This document shows, piece after piece, positions 39,881 to 47,974 of a stretch of 64,000 bases of DNA. The position numbers and the translations under genes are program-made. The DNA is taken from contig JBGPIA010000007.1 in the NCBI GenBank assembly GCA_041484665.1, forward strand, positions 96,001 to 160,000, in the 5' to 3' direction. The stretch's first letter is position 1. The number at the start of each line of letters is the position of its first letter. The notes under the pieces were generated by a model. It did not search any database. It was not told the origin of the DNA and saw nothing but the letters and a program-made list of their open reading frames with translations. This DNA comes from Candidatus Krumholzibacteriia bacterium (lineage in GTDB: Bacteria > Krumholzibacteriota > Krumholzibacteriia > JAJRXK01).

Positions 39881-41084
39881 CGATGGCCTCCTTCGCTGGC
39901 GCGGGCGCGCAGCCACTCGCGCCCAGACCGCACGACGCGCATGCTCCCAGGGACGCTCTGCCGCCGCCTGCGCCCCCGCCACCTTGGCCGCTCCCGCCGC
40001 CTGCAGGAACGGGCAGCGTCCAAGGCGTCAGCGCATCGGGACCCGGCACATGGCGCCGCACCGCTCCCTGCACCTCGGCCGGCGCTGCGGTGAGCACGTC
40101 GTGGGGCACGATCCGGTAGCGCACCTGGTCGTCGCGGCCGATCAACAGTTGCAGCGCCTCGCTGCGCTCGCCGCGCTGCGCGCGCGCCAGCTCGGCCTCC
40201 AGCCGCAGGATCACGTCTGTGACCTGCGGTCCGAACAGGTATTGCAGGTATTCGAGCGGCAGACGCGGGTCGTCCAGAATGCTCTTGCCGGCGTTTCCGG
40301 TCTTGGGCGGGCTGAACGGCGGAACGTAGTAGACGTTGGGCACGGTTCCCTTCCCGGGAAACAGGCCCAAGGCCACCTTGTGCTCCAGCACCAGCTTGTG
40401 CACCGGCGACTGCGGGTCGTCGAGCAGCCCCACGAAGCGGATGCGCCCGGGGCACTGCGCCGCGCAAGCGTTGACCTTGCCCTTCTCCAGGCGCGGGTAG
40501 CAGAAGATGCACTTCTCGCTGCGCTGCGTGACTTCGTTGTAATAGATCTTCTTGTAGGGGCACGCCTTGATGCAGTACCGATAGCCGCGGCAGCGCTCCT
40601 GGTCGATCAGGACGATCCCATCCTCCTGCCGCTTGTAGATGGCCTTGCGCGGGCACGCCTCCAGGCAGGCCGGGTGCGTGCAGTGGTTGCAGATGCGCGG
40701 CAGGTAGAAGAAGTACGGGTTGCTCGGGTCCCAGCCGCCGACATCCTCGTCCCAGTTGGGGCCCCACTGCGGGTCGACGTGGGGCATGACCGGCTTGTTC
40801 TTCCCGTCGAACAGGCGCTGGGCGTAGTCGTACTCGAACGCCTCGCCGTAGTCGGCCTTGGCCGGCAGGGGCGACGGCCGCAGGTGGCGCTGCGCGTCGA
40901 AGCCGCCGCCCAGCGTGTGCCAGCCCCGCGGGTAGCCGGCGCCCGGGTGGGTCTCGACGTTGTTCCAGTACATGTAGTCCATGCCGTCGCCGTCGGTCCA
41001 TTGCTTCTTGCACGCGAGCGTGCAGGTCTGGCACCCGATGCACTTGTTCAGGTCCATGACCATCGCGTACTGGTGCGCGGACAT
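39867..41084 (-). CDS. narH: Type II DMSO-reductase-family beta (Fe-S) subunit, NarH-like
   Basis: MVMDLNKCIGCQTCTLACK, LPRICNHCTHPACLEACP, CRGYRYCIKACPYKK, EKCIFCYPR, CAAQCPGRIR. Confidence 0.9.
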   Translation of the reverse strand: MSAHQYAMVMDLNKCIGCQTCTLACKKQWTDGDGMDYMYWNNVETHPGAGYPRGWHTLGGGFDAQRHLRPSPLPAKADYGEAFEYDYAQRLFDGKNKPVMPHVDPQWGPNWDEDVGGWDPSNPYFFYLPRICNHCTHPACLEACPRKAIYKRQEDGIVLIDQERCRGYRYCIKACPYKKIYYNEVTQRSEKCIFCYPRLEKGKVNACAAQCPGRIRFVGLLDDPQSPVHKLVLEHKVALGLFPGKGTVPNVYYVPPFSPPKTGNAGKSILDDPRLPLEYLQYLFGPQVTDVILRLEAELARAQRGERSEALQLLIGRDDQVRYRIVPHDVLTAAPAEVQGAVRRHVPGPDALTPWTLPVPAGGGSGQGGGGAGGGRASLGACASCGLGASGCAPAPAKEAIDGCH

Positions 41085-41086
41085 GC

Positions 41087-44000
41087 TCAGCTCCTCGCGG
41101 CGGGCCGCTCGTACGCGGCGACGGGTCCGGTGTAGCGCGCGACGTCGACCTTGATATCGCGGTTGTTCCCGGTGGGGCCCCAATAGTTGAGCTTGAAGTT
41201 CAGGTGCCCGTAGCCGCCCACCAGCTGGGTCGGCTTGATCTTGATATAGGTGAGCGACTGCCAGCCGCCCTGCTGGAAGCCCAGGTACTTCTCCCAGCCG
41301 TGGTACATGGTCAGGCGCCCCTTCTTCTCGCCGGGGAGCAGTTTTGCCCGGACGATGGCGTCGCCCTGGTCGTTGTGCACGCGCACCCAGTCGTTGTCGC
41401 CGATCCCGCGCGAGCGGGCGTCGTCGGGATGGATGTAGACGATGGGCAGCCCGCGCTGCAGGCGAAGCATGTAGCGGTTGTCGCGCCAGGTGCTGTGGAT
41501 CGACCAGCGGCTATGGGGTGTGTTCCAGTAGAGCGGGTACTTGGGGTCGTCGACGGGGTCCTTGTGCACGGGGAGCTGCTCGCCGAGCTGCAGATACCAG
41601 TCATGATCTACGTAGAACTGCTGGCGGCCCGTGAGCGTGCGCCAGGGCCGCTTGTGCTCCGTCTGGTGCGTGAAAGGCGTGTAGGCACGTCCGGGCTCGA
41701 TTTCGCTGTTCCACGCCTCGGCGTCGATGGCACGGAAGCGCTGCGGGGCTTGCTGCAGCCCCTGGTAGCTCATTCCGCGCGTCTCGTCGGAGTTGGCCAG
41801 GATGAAATTGGCGAAGGCTTCATCGGAGTCCAGCGTGCCCTCCGCCGTCCACTCCGCCGTGAGCTTCGTGAAGTCGCGTGTCCAGCCCAGGTCGTTGTCC
41901 TGGAACGGTGTCAGGCCCCGCCGCTTCGCCAACTCCTCGATCTTCTGCGCCAGCCCGTGGAAAATCTCCCAGTCCGTCCTCGACTCGAAGAGCGGATCGA
42001 GCACCTTGCTGAACGGGTGCATGTATGAGTGGCAGTCGGTGCTGTTGAGGTCGGCCTTCTCGTAGTAGCTCGCAGCGGGCAGTACCACATCGCTGTAGAG
42101 CGCGGTCGTGTCCATGCGGAAGTTGACGTCGACGATCAGGTCGAGGTCGCGCCAAAGCGAACGCAGGATCGCCTCGTTGCCCTTCGCCTGGTTGAGGTAG
42201 TTGGCGCGCCACACGATCAGCGCACGTGGCTTGCGCGGCAGATCGTGCATCTGCGTGGGCTGGATCGCGGCCCAATCCTGCTTCGGCCACAGCGGCATCC
42301 ACTGATTGCGGACGGCCTCGAGGATCCAGTGCTCGATGGGCTTGCCGGCTACGGAGTGGGGATCCTGCATCTTGCTGTGGCAGTAGGTCCACAGCGTCGT
42401 GTTCTGGAACCGCTGCTTCTTGGGTCCCTGCGGGAAGGACAACCGCTTGAAACCGCGCTCGGGCCAGACGCGCTCCTGCCCCACGTAATGGTTGAAGCCG
42501 CCGCCGTTGCGCCCGACGTTTCCCGTGAGCGCTGCGATCAGGATCAGCGCGCGGTTGAGCAGATCGTTGTGGTACCAATGGTTGACACCGGCGCCGTGGA
42601 TGATCATGGCCGGCGCCCGCGTGAAGCCCTCGGCGAAGCTCAGCAGATCCTGCTCCGACAGCCCGCACGCCTGCGCCGCCCGCGCCGGCTCGTACAGCGG
42701 ATTGGCGAGCGTCTGCTTCAGCAGGCTGAACACGGTGGTGACCTCGACCTGGCGCTCGCCGTCCAGCGTGACGGACCAGCTGCCCGACAGCGCGGGGTCG
42801 ATCCCAGACAAGCGCAGCGACTTGCGCGCGGAGCCCATGCTGCCGGGCACAGGGGCCGGGGCCCCCTTGGCTGCGTCCCAGACGTAGAAGACGGCCTGCG
42901 GATCTCCGGGTGGCGGTCCTTTTTCCCCCTCTGGCTTGCTGGTGCCCTCGCGCGCGCCCGCCGTCTCGCCTTTGCGCTGGGCGGCGCTTGCGCCCTTGGC
43001 ACCGCTGTTCGTCGCGCCGCCGGTCGTGGCGGCCTTTGTCACGCCCAAGCCAGCCGGCGGCTGGACGCGGCCGGCGTCCCAGTCGGCCACCGCGGGCTCC
43101 ACACCGCGCCGGTCCGCAGGCAGATCGGCAGCGCGCAGGTACTTGCCCGTGTCCTTTCGCACCAGGAGCGGCAGATCCGTCTGCTCTTTGATGTAGGGGA
43201 CATCGATTTTGTCCTGCTCGATCAGCCAGCGCGAGACTGCGTTCGCCAGGATGGTGTCCATGCCCGGCGTGATGTGCAGGTACTGGTCGCAGTGGATGGC
43301 GCTGGCGTTGTAGTCGGGCGACACGCAGGCGACCTTTGCGCCGTTGTAGCGAGCCTCCCAGGCGAAGTGCGCGTCGGGAATGCGCGTCGCGTTGATATTG
43401 CTGCCCCACAGTACGATGTACTTGGCGTTGAACCAATCGGCGCACTCGCAGGCCTCGGTCTGTACGCCCCACGTGATGGGCTCGCCTGGGGGAAGATCGC
43501 AATACCAGTCGTAGAAAGAGCAGACCACCCCGCCGAGGTAGTGCGCCAGCCGCACACCCGCGGAGAACGACACGGGCGACATGGCCGGAATCACCGAGAA
43601 GAACGTATTCGTGTCCGGACCATGGCTGTAGATGTTGTCCAGGAGCTTGCCCGCGATGTGCTCCAGCGCCTCGTCCCAGCTCGCCCGCCGCCACTTGCCC
43701 TCTCCGCGTTTGCCGGCGCGGATCAGCGGATACTTCACCCGTTGCGCGCCGTAGACGTATTCGACGAAGCAGGCGCCCTTCTGGCAGCCGCGTGGGTTGT
43801 AGTCGGGCAGGTCCGCGTTGATGCGCGGGTAGTCGGCGGCCTGCTCCTCGCGCAGCATGATCCCGTCCTTGACGTAGACCTTCCAGGAGCAGGAGCCGGT
43901 ACAGTTGGCCGAGTGCGTCGAGCGGACGACTTTGTCCCAGCTGAAGTGCCGCCGGTAGAGCTCCTCCCAGCCGCGATACGGGTACGTGCGCAACGGATCG

Positions 44001-44293
44001 ACGTCGAGGATCTCGAACTCCTCCAGCGCCGCGTTCGTGGGCCGCGCCAGCAGGGCGGCGAGACCCAACCCCGCGCCCGCGCCGACCTTCAGGAAGCGGC
44101 GGCGACTCACCCCGGTGGCGGCGGTCGGCGGCCGCTCGCCCCCGCCTGCTTGCATCGTGGGATGCCCGGTCAAAGTGGGAGCGTCCGGCAGCCTGAAATG
44201 CCCTGACAGCCCGGGATCATCCGGCAGTGCAGCATCCACCGGCCTCGGGCTCGCGGCAGCGTGGGATGGGTCATGGTCGTCCATGGCGGTCAC
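41087..44293 (-). CDS. narG: Tat-exported type II DMSO-reductase-family catalytic subunit, periplasmic nitrate reductase (pNar)-like
   Basis: Tat motif SRRRFLK, FS0 motif HSANCTGSC...PRGCQKG, Mo-ligand motif SFYDWYCDLPPG, HYVGQE, TPHSRWSIHS. About 1000 aa mature. Start could be 44293 or 44284. Confidence 0.85.
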   Translation of the reverse strand: MTAMDDHDPSHAAASPRPVDAALPDDPGLSGHFRLPDAPTLTGHPTMQAGGGERPPTAATGVSRRRFLKVGAGAGLGLAALLARPTNAALEEFEILDVDPLRTYPYRGWEELYRRHFSWDKVVRSTHSANCTGSCSWKVYVKDGIMLREEQAADYPRINADLPDYNPRGCQKGACFVEYVYGAQRVKYPLIRAGKRGEGKWRRASWDEALEHIAGKLLDNIYSHGPDTNTFFSVIPAMSPVSFSAGVRLAHYLGGVVCSFYDWYCDLPPGEPITWGVQTEACECADWFNAKYIVLWGSNINATRIPDAHFAWEARYNGAKVACVSPDYNASAIHCDQYLHITPGMDTILANAVSRWLIEQDKIDVPYIKEQTDLPLLVRKDTGKYLRAADLPADRRGVEPAVADWDAGRVQPPAGLGVTKAATTGGATNSGAKGASAAQRKGETAGAREGTSKPEGEKGPPPGDPQAVFYVWDAAKGAPAPVPGSMGSARKSLRLSGIDPALSGSWSVTLDGERQVEVTTVFSLLKQTLANPLYEPARAAQACGLSEQDLLSFAEGFTRAPAMIIHGAGVNHWYHNDLLNRALILIAALTGNVGRNGGGFNHYVGQERVWPERGFKRLSFPQGPKKQRFQNTTLWTYCHSKMQDPHSVAGKPIEHWILEAVRNQWMPLWPKQDWAAIQPTQMHDLPRKPRALIVWRANYLNQAKGNEAILRSLWRDLDLIVDVNFRMDTTALYSDVVLPAASYYEKADLNSTDCHSYMHPFSKVLDPLFESRTDWEIFHGLAQKIEELAKRRGLTPFQDNDLGWTRDFTKLTAEWTAEGTLDSDEAFANFILANSDETRGMSYQGLQQAPQRFRAIDAEAWNSEIEPGRAYTPFTHQTEHKRPWRTLTGRQQFYVDHDWYLQLGEQLPVHKDPVDDPKYPLYWNTPHSRWSIHSTWRDNRYMLRLQRGLPIVYIHPDDARSRGIGDNDWVRVHNDQGDAIVRAKLLPGEKKGRLTMYHGWEKYLGFQQGGWQSLTYIKIKPTQLVGGYGHLNFKLNYWGPTGNNRDIKVDVARYTGPVAAYERPAARS

Positions 44294-44296
44294 TTT

Positions 44297-45922
44297 CTAT
44301 CGGGTCTGCGCGCCGGCCGGCGCTGCCGCCGTGATGTCGGGTGCACTGGGCGCCGCGGCGGGCGCCCTGGGAGCGACCGAGGGCGTGGTCGAGAGCGCCG
44401 TCATGTCCTGACCGGCGGGCGCTCCGATCCGGCGCAGGAAGGCGATCAGGTCGTCGAGTTGCGGTTCCTGGAAGCCGCCCTCCGCAGGCGCCACAGCGAG
44501 GAATGCGGGCATGGCCGTGTTCCGCCGGCCGAAGGCGATGGTGGCGTACAGGAAGTCGTCGCTGGCGTAACGCTGGAGCGCAGGCGCGACCAGCGACGGG
44601 CCCAGCCTCCCCTCGGCCGACAGTCCGTGGCAGCCCGAGCACTGCTTGGCGAACAGGGATGTGCCCCGCCGCGCGTCGCCACGCGCCGCGCGCGGATGGC
44701 TGCGGATGGGCGCCGTGGCCGCGGTCTGCGTCGCGTCCAGCTCGCGCCCCAGCAGGGTGCTGGCCAGGCGCAGGATCTCCTCCTCGCTCAACCCTCCGGC
44801 GGCCGCTCCCCACGCCGGCATGATCGTCCCGGCGCGCCCCTCGCGGATGTTGGCGGCCACGTACGCGGGCTCGGCGATCCGTTGGTAGGTCTCGCCGCGG
44901 ATCGCGGGGATGAACCGCGCGAAGAACTTGTCGTAGCGTCCGTAGATCCCCGTGTCGTGGCAGCTCTGGCACAGATCGGCGTAGAGCTGGTCGCCGCTGC
45001 GCGGCTCCGGGTGTTGGACGCGATAGAGGGCCAGGTGCTTGAGCGGGCTCAGGTACGATTTCGGGAGGTCACGCTGCTGCAGCGACAGCAGGAACGCGGT
45101 CAGCGCCGTTCGCTCGTCGCGGCTCAGGCCCGGGGTGGGCATCTGGCTGCCGGCGACGACCTGACGCGGATCGTCGAAGTGCTCGATCAGCCATTGGGCC
45201 AGGGTGTGCGGGCCCTGCACGTGGCCAAAGGGGAGCTGCCCGCGGACCTTGAGCCCCTCGTTGTCGAGAGCGGGCCCCAGACTCCCGCCCAGGCCGTCGA
45301 GCTTGTGGCAGCTGCGGCACCCCTTGGACACGAACAGCGCCGCGCCACGGGCGTATACCTCGCCTCCGCGTTGGGCCACCTCGGCGGGCGTGTGGCAGAT
45401 GCCGCAGGAGGACTGCGTCAAGTCCAGCGGAAGCAGCGGGTAGTCCCAGTGCCGGTCCTCGGCCTTGGCATCGGCGAAGTTGGTGGCCGCTCCCTGCCCG
45501 CGGTGGCAGATCGTGCAGCCGAACCGCGCGTCTTCGTGCCACTGCAGATAGGCGCCGGGGTGCGTGCGGTATGGATTGGGGACGTCGGTCATGCGCGGAT
45601 CGTCGTAGCCGGTGTGGCAGCTGACGCAGCGGTCCATCACACCCAGGTCCGCAACGACGATCTGGCGCAGCTCGACGACGTACTGGTCGGCGAGCTTGCG
45701 CCCCCAGTCGTCGCCGGCCTTCTGTCGCAGGATCTGCCCGTACTCGAGCTGGTGCCGCCGCCAGGTCGGCCGCAGGTTTTCCTCGACTGCGGCGTAGATC
45801 AGCACGCCCACCGTGGCCAGGCTCACGGCCAAGAGCCAGAGCTTCACCGCGCGGTCCCGCCGCAGCGCCTCCGCACGTACCGCCTCGGCGATCCCCAGGA
45901 TGTCCTTGCCGTTTGCGCTCAT
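44297..45922 (-). CDS. Membrane-anchored hexaheme cytochrome c
   Basis: N-terminal TM and six CxxCH motifs (CVSCH, CTICH, CGICH, CRSCH, CQSCH, CSGCH). Confidence 0.92.
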   Translation of the reverse strand: MSANGKDILGIAEAVRAEALRRDRAVKLWLLAVSLATVGVLIYAAVEENLRPTWRRHQLEYGQILRQKAGDDWGRKLADQYVVELRQIVVADLGVMDRCVSCHTGYDDPRMTDVPNPYRTHPGAYLQWHEDARFGCTICHRGQGAATNFADAKAEDRHWDYPLLPLDLTQSSCGICHTPAEVAQRGGEVYARGAALFVSKGCRSCHKLDGLGGSLGPALDNEGLKVRGQLPFGHVQGPHTLAQWLIEHFDDPRQVVAGSQMPTPGLSRDERTALTAFLLSLQQRDLPKSYLSPLKHLALYRVQHPEPRSGDQLYADLCQSCHDTGIYGRYDKFFARFIPAIRGETYQRIAEPAYVAANIREGRAGTIMPAWGAAAGGLSEEEILRLASTLLGRELDATQTAATAPIRSHPRAARGDARRGTSLFAKQCSGCHGLSAEGRLGPSLVAPALQRYASDDFLYATIAFGRRNTAMPAFLAVAPAEGGFQEPQLDDLIAFLRRIGAPAGQDMTALSTTPSVAPRAPAAAPSAPDITAAAPAGAQTR

Positions 45923-45931
45923 GGCGACACC

Positions 45932-47488
45932 TCAGTGGACGGGCCAGCGCGAGCTGCTCCAGTAGAAATCCCAATTGGGGCCGCGCAGCTGCGAGCCCAC
46001 GTACGTCAGCACGACGAATCCGGCCAAGAAACACGAGAACAGCGCGATCGCGGACATACGTGTCGAGCCGGTGCGCCGCAGCGCGCCCAGCGACCACAGC
46101 GCGTACGCCAGCGTGAGCAGCGTGCCGGGATTGACGAAGATGATCAGGAGCTGCGGCGCGTGGGGGAACCAGCTGCGAATCCAGCCGAACTCCACCGGGA
46201 CGGCCACCGCGAGCGCGGCCGCAGCCAGGCCGAAGATCAAGCTCTGCACCGCCATGCGCCGGCCGCGCGGGCCGCTGAACCAGATTCCCGGCTCCTCCCG
46301 CTCACGGTCGAGATACGGGATCAGCGCCAGCCCGAGCACCACGATGGCGGGGATGACCAGCCCGCCCATGAACGCCGAGTAGGAGACCATCTCCTGCAGG
46401 CCCAGGAAATACCACGGCGCCTTCGCCGGGTTTTCCGGGATGCTGGGGTTGGCCAGCTCCTTGAGCGGCGCGTCGAACCGGATGCCAAGCACCGTGACCA
46501 GCAGCATGGTGCCCATGAAGACCAGCAACTCGGCGCGCAGCAGGAACGGCCAGCTGGGCAATGTGTCGGCGGGATCGAGGTTGGTGGCGGGCGTGCGGTC
46601 GCGCACGATGCACATGAGACCGTAGGTCTTGCGCGGCGATTGCTCCGGGGCGGCCGGGGGCGTCCCCGCCACGGCGGCGCCCTTGCCCGCCGTGGTGACC
46701 GCCACGCCTGGGCGCGCCAGGCCTCCATCCTTGCGCAGGCGCCAGAAGTGCACGCCCAGAAGCGCCACGACCGAGAGCGGCAGGATCATCACGTGGAGCA
46801 GGTAGAAACGGATCAAGGCCTCCTGTCCGATCTCGCTCGCGCCCAACAGCAGCTGTTTGATGAAACCGCCCGGATCGAGCACGGACGTGATCCCCACGGC
46901 GTCGGTCAGCTCGCGCGGTGAGGCGGCGATGTTGCTGCCGATGGTGATGGCCCAGTAGGCAAGCTGGTCCCAGGGCAGCAGGTAGCCAGTGAACGACAGC
47001 CCCAGCGTGAGCACGAACAGCCCCATCCCCACCAGCCAGTTGAACTCGCGGGGGGCTTTGTAGGCGGCCGTGTAGAACACACGCACCATGTGCAGGATCA
47101 CCGCGATCACCATCAAGTGCGCCGCCCAGCGGTGAATGTTGCGGATGAAGCGTCCGGTGGGCACGACGTAGTGGATGTCCTTCATGCTCTGGTAGGCCGC
47201 GTCGGTCGCGGGTTTGTAATAGACCATGAGCAGGATCCCGGTCGCGACGAGGATGGCGAACAGCGAGGCGGTGGCCACCCCCAGCGCCATGGTCGTGGAG
47301 AAGCGCAGCGTGCGGATGTGCACGCGAGTGGCGTGCAGGTGCAGGAATACGTTTCCGAACACCGCCTGGCTGCGGCTGCGATCGCTCACGGGCGGTCCCT
47401 GCCGCACCAGCGACTCCTTGAACGTGCGCGGCAGCGCCCGCAGGTTCGCGCGGAAGAGGGCCAGCCCGGCCGGGCCGATGGCGGTCAT
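45932..47488 (-). CDS. petB: Cytochrome b of a Rieske/cytb complex (b6-like plus subunit-IV-like in one chain)
   Basis: IHRWAAH, ILHMVRVF, GYLLPWDQ, YLLH...GVHFW. The PEWY position reads KAPWYF. Confidence 0.92.
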   Translation of the reverse strand: MTAIGPAGLALFRANLRALPRTFKESLVRQGPPVSDRSRSQAVFGNVFLHLHATRVHIRTLRFSTTMALGVATASLFAILVATGILLMVYYKPATDAAYQSMKDIHYVVPTGRFIRNIHRWAAHLMVIAVILHMVRVFYTAAYKAPREFNWLVGMGLFVLTLGLSFTGYLLPWDQLAYWAITIGSNIAASPRELTDAVGITSVLDPGGFIKQLLLGASEIGQEALIRFYLLHVMILPLSVVALLGVHFWRLRKDGGLARPGVAVTTAGKGAAVAGTPPAAPEQSPRKTYGLMCIVRDRTPATNLDPADTLPSWPFLLRAELLVFMGTMLLVTVLGIRFDAPLKELANPSIPENPAKAPWYFLGLQEMVSYSAFMGGLVIPAIVVLGLALIPYLDREREEPGIWFSGPRGRRMAVQSLIFGLAAAALAVAVPVEFGWIRSWFPHAPQLLIIFVNPGTLLTLAYALWSLGALRRTGSTRMSAIALFSCFLAGFVVLTYVGSQLRGPNWDFYWSSSRWPVH

Positions 47489-47506
47489 GATCGCGTCCTC
47501 ATCTCG

Positions 47507-47974
47507 CTAGCCCGCAAAGAAGGTTTCGGGGGCGACCTCGCGCTTCGCGTCCACCAGCAGGCTCCCATCGGCCGCGCGCGATACCTCCAGCCAGCGCAGC
47601 CCGCGCGGCGCCGGGCCGCCTACCACCGCGCCCTGCGCGTCGAAGCGCGAGCCGTGGCACGGGCAGCGGAAGCCGTCGGGGGTCTCGCCCACGATGCATC
47701 CCAGGTGGGTGCAGACCAGCGACATGGCCGCGACACCTTTGGCCGTCGAGACGATCCGCACGTTGCGCTCGGGCAGGACGCGCACCGTGCCGGCCGCGTA
47801 CTGCTCCAGGCGGCCGATGCGGAAGCGTGAGCCGGCCTCGGGCAACAGCCGCGGCCTTGGCAGTCGCGCCATGCCGTGCAGCGATCCCAGGACCGCCGCG
47901 GCGGCGCTCAGCAGACCCGCCAGGCTCAGGAAATCACGGCGCGGAATCGGCGCGGGCTCTAGGCGACCTGACAT
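47507..47974 (-). CDS. petC: Rieske [2Fe-2S] protein
   Basis: Tat motif RRDFL, CTHLGC, CPCHGSRF, GPAPRGL. Confidence 0.93.
   Translation of the reverse strand: MSGRLEPAPIPRRDFLSLAGLLSAAAAVLGSLHGMARLPRPRLLPEAGSRFRIGRLEQYAAGTVRVLPERNVRIVSTAKGVAAMSLVCTHLGCIVGETPDGFRCPCHGSRFDAQGAVVGGPAPRGLRWLEVSRAADGSLLVDAKREVAPETFFAG

Noticed and set aside
41087..44293. Perchlorate reductase PcrA or cytoplasmic NarGHI
   Set aside because: GQE rather than the PcrA Trp gate and no chlorite dismutase nearby. The Tat signal, shorter length and lack of narI/narK argue against cytoplasmic Nar.
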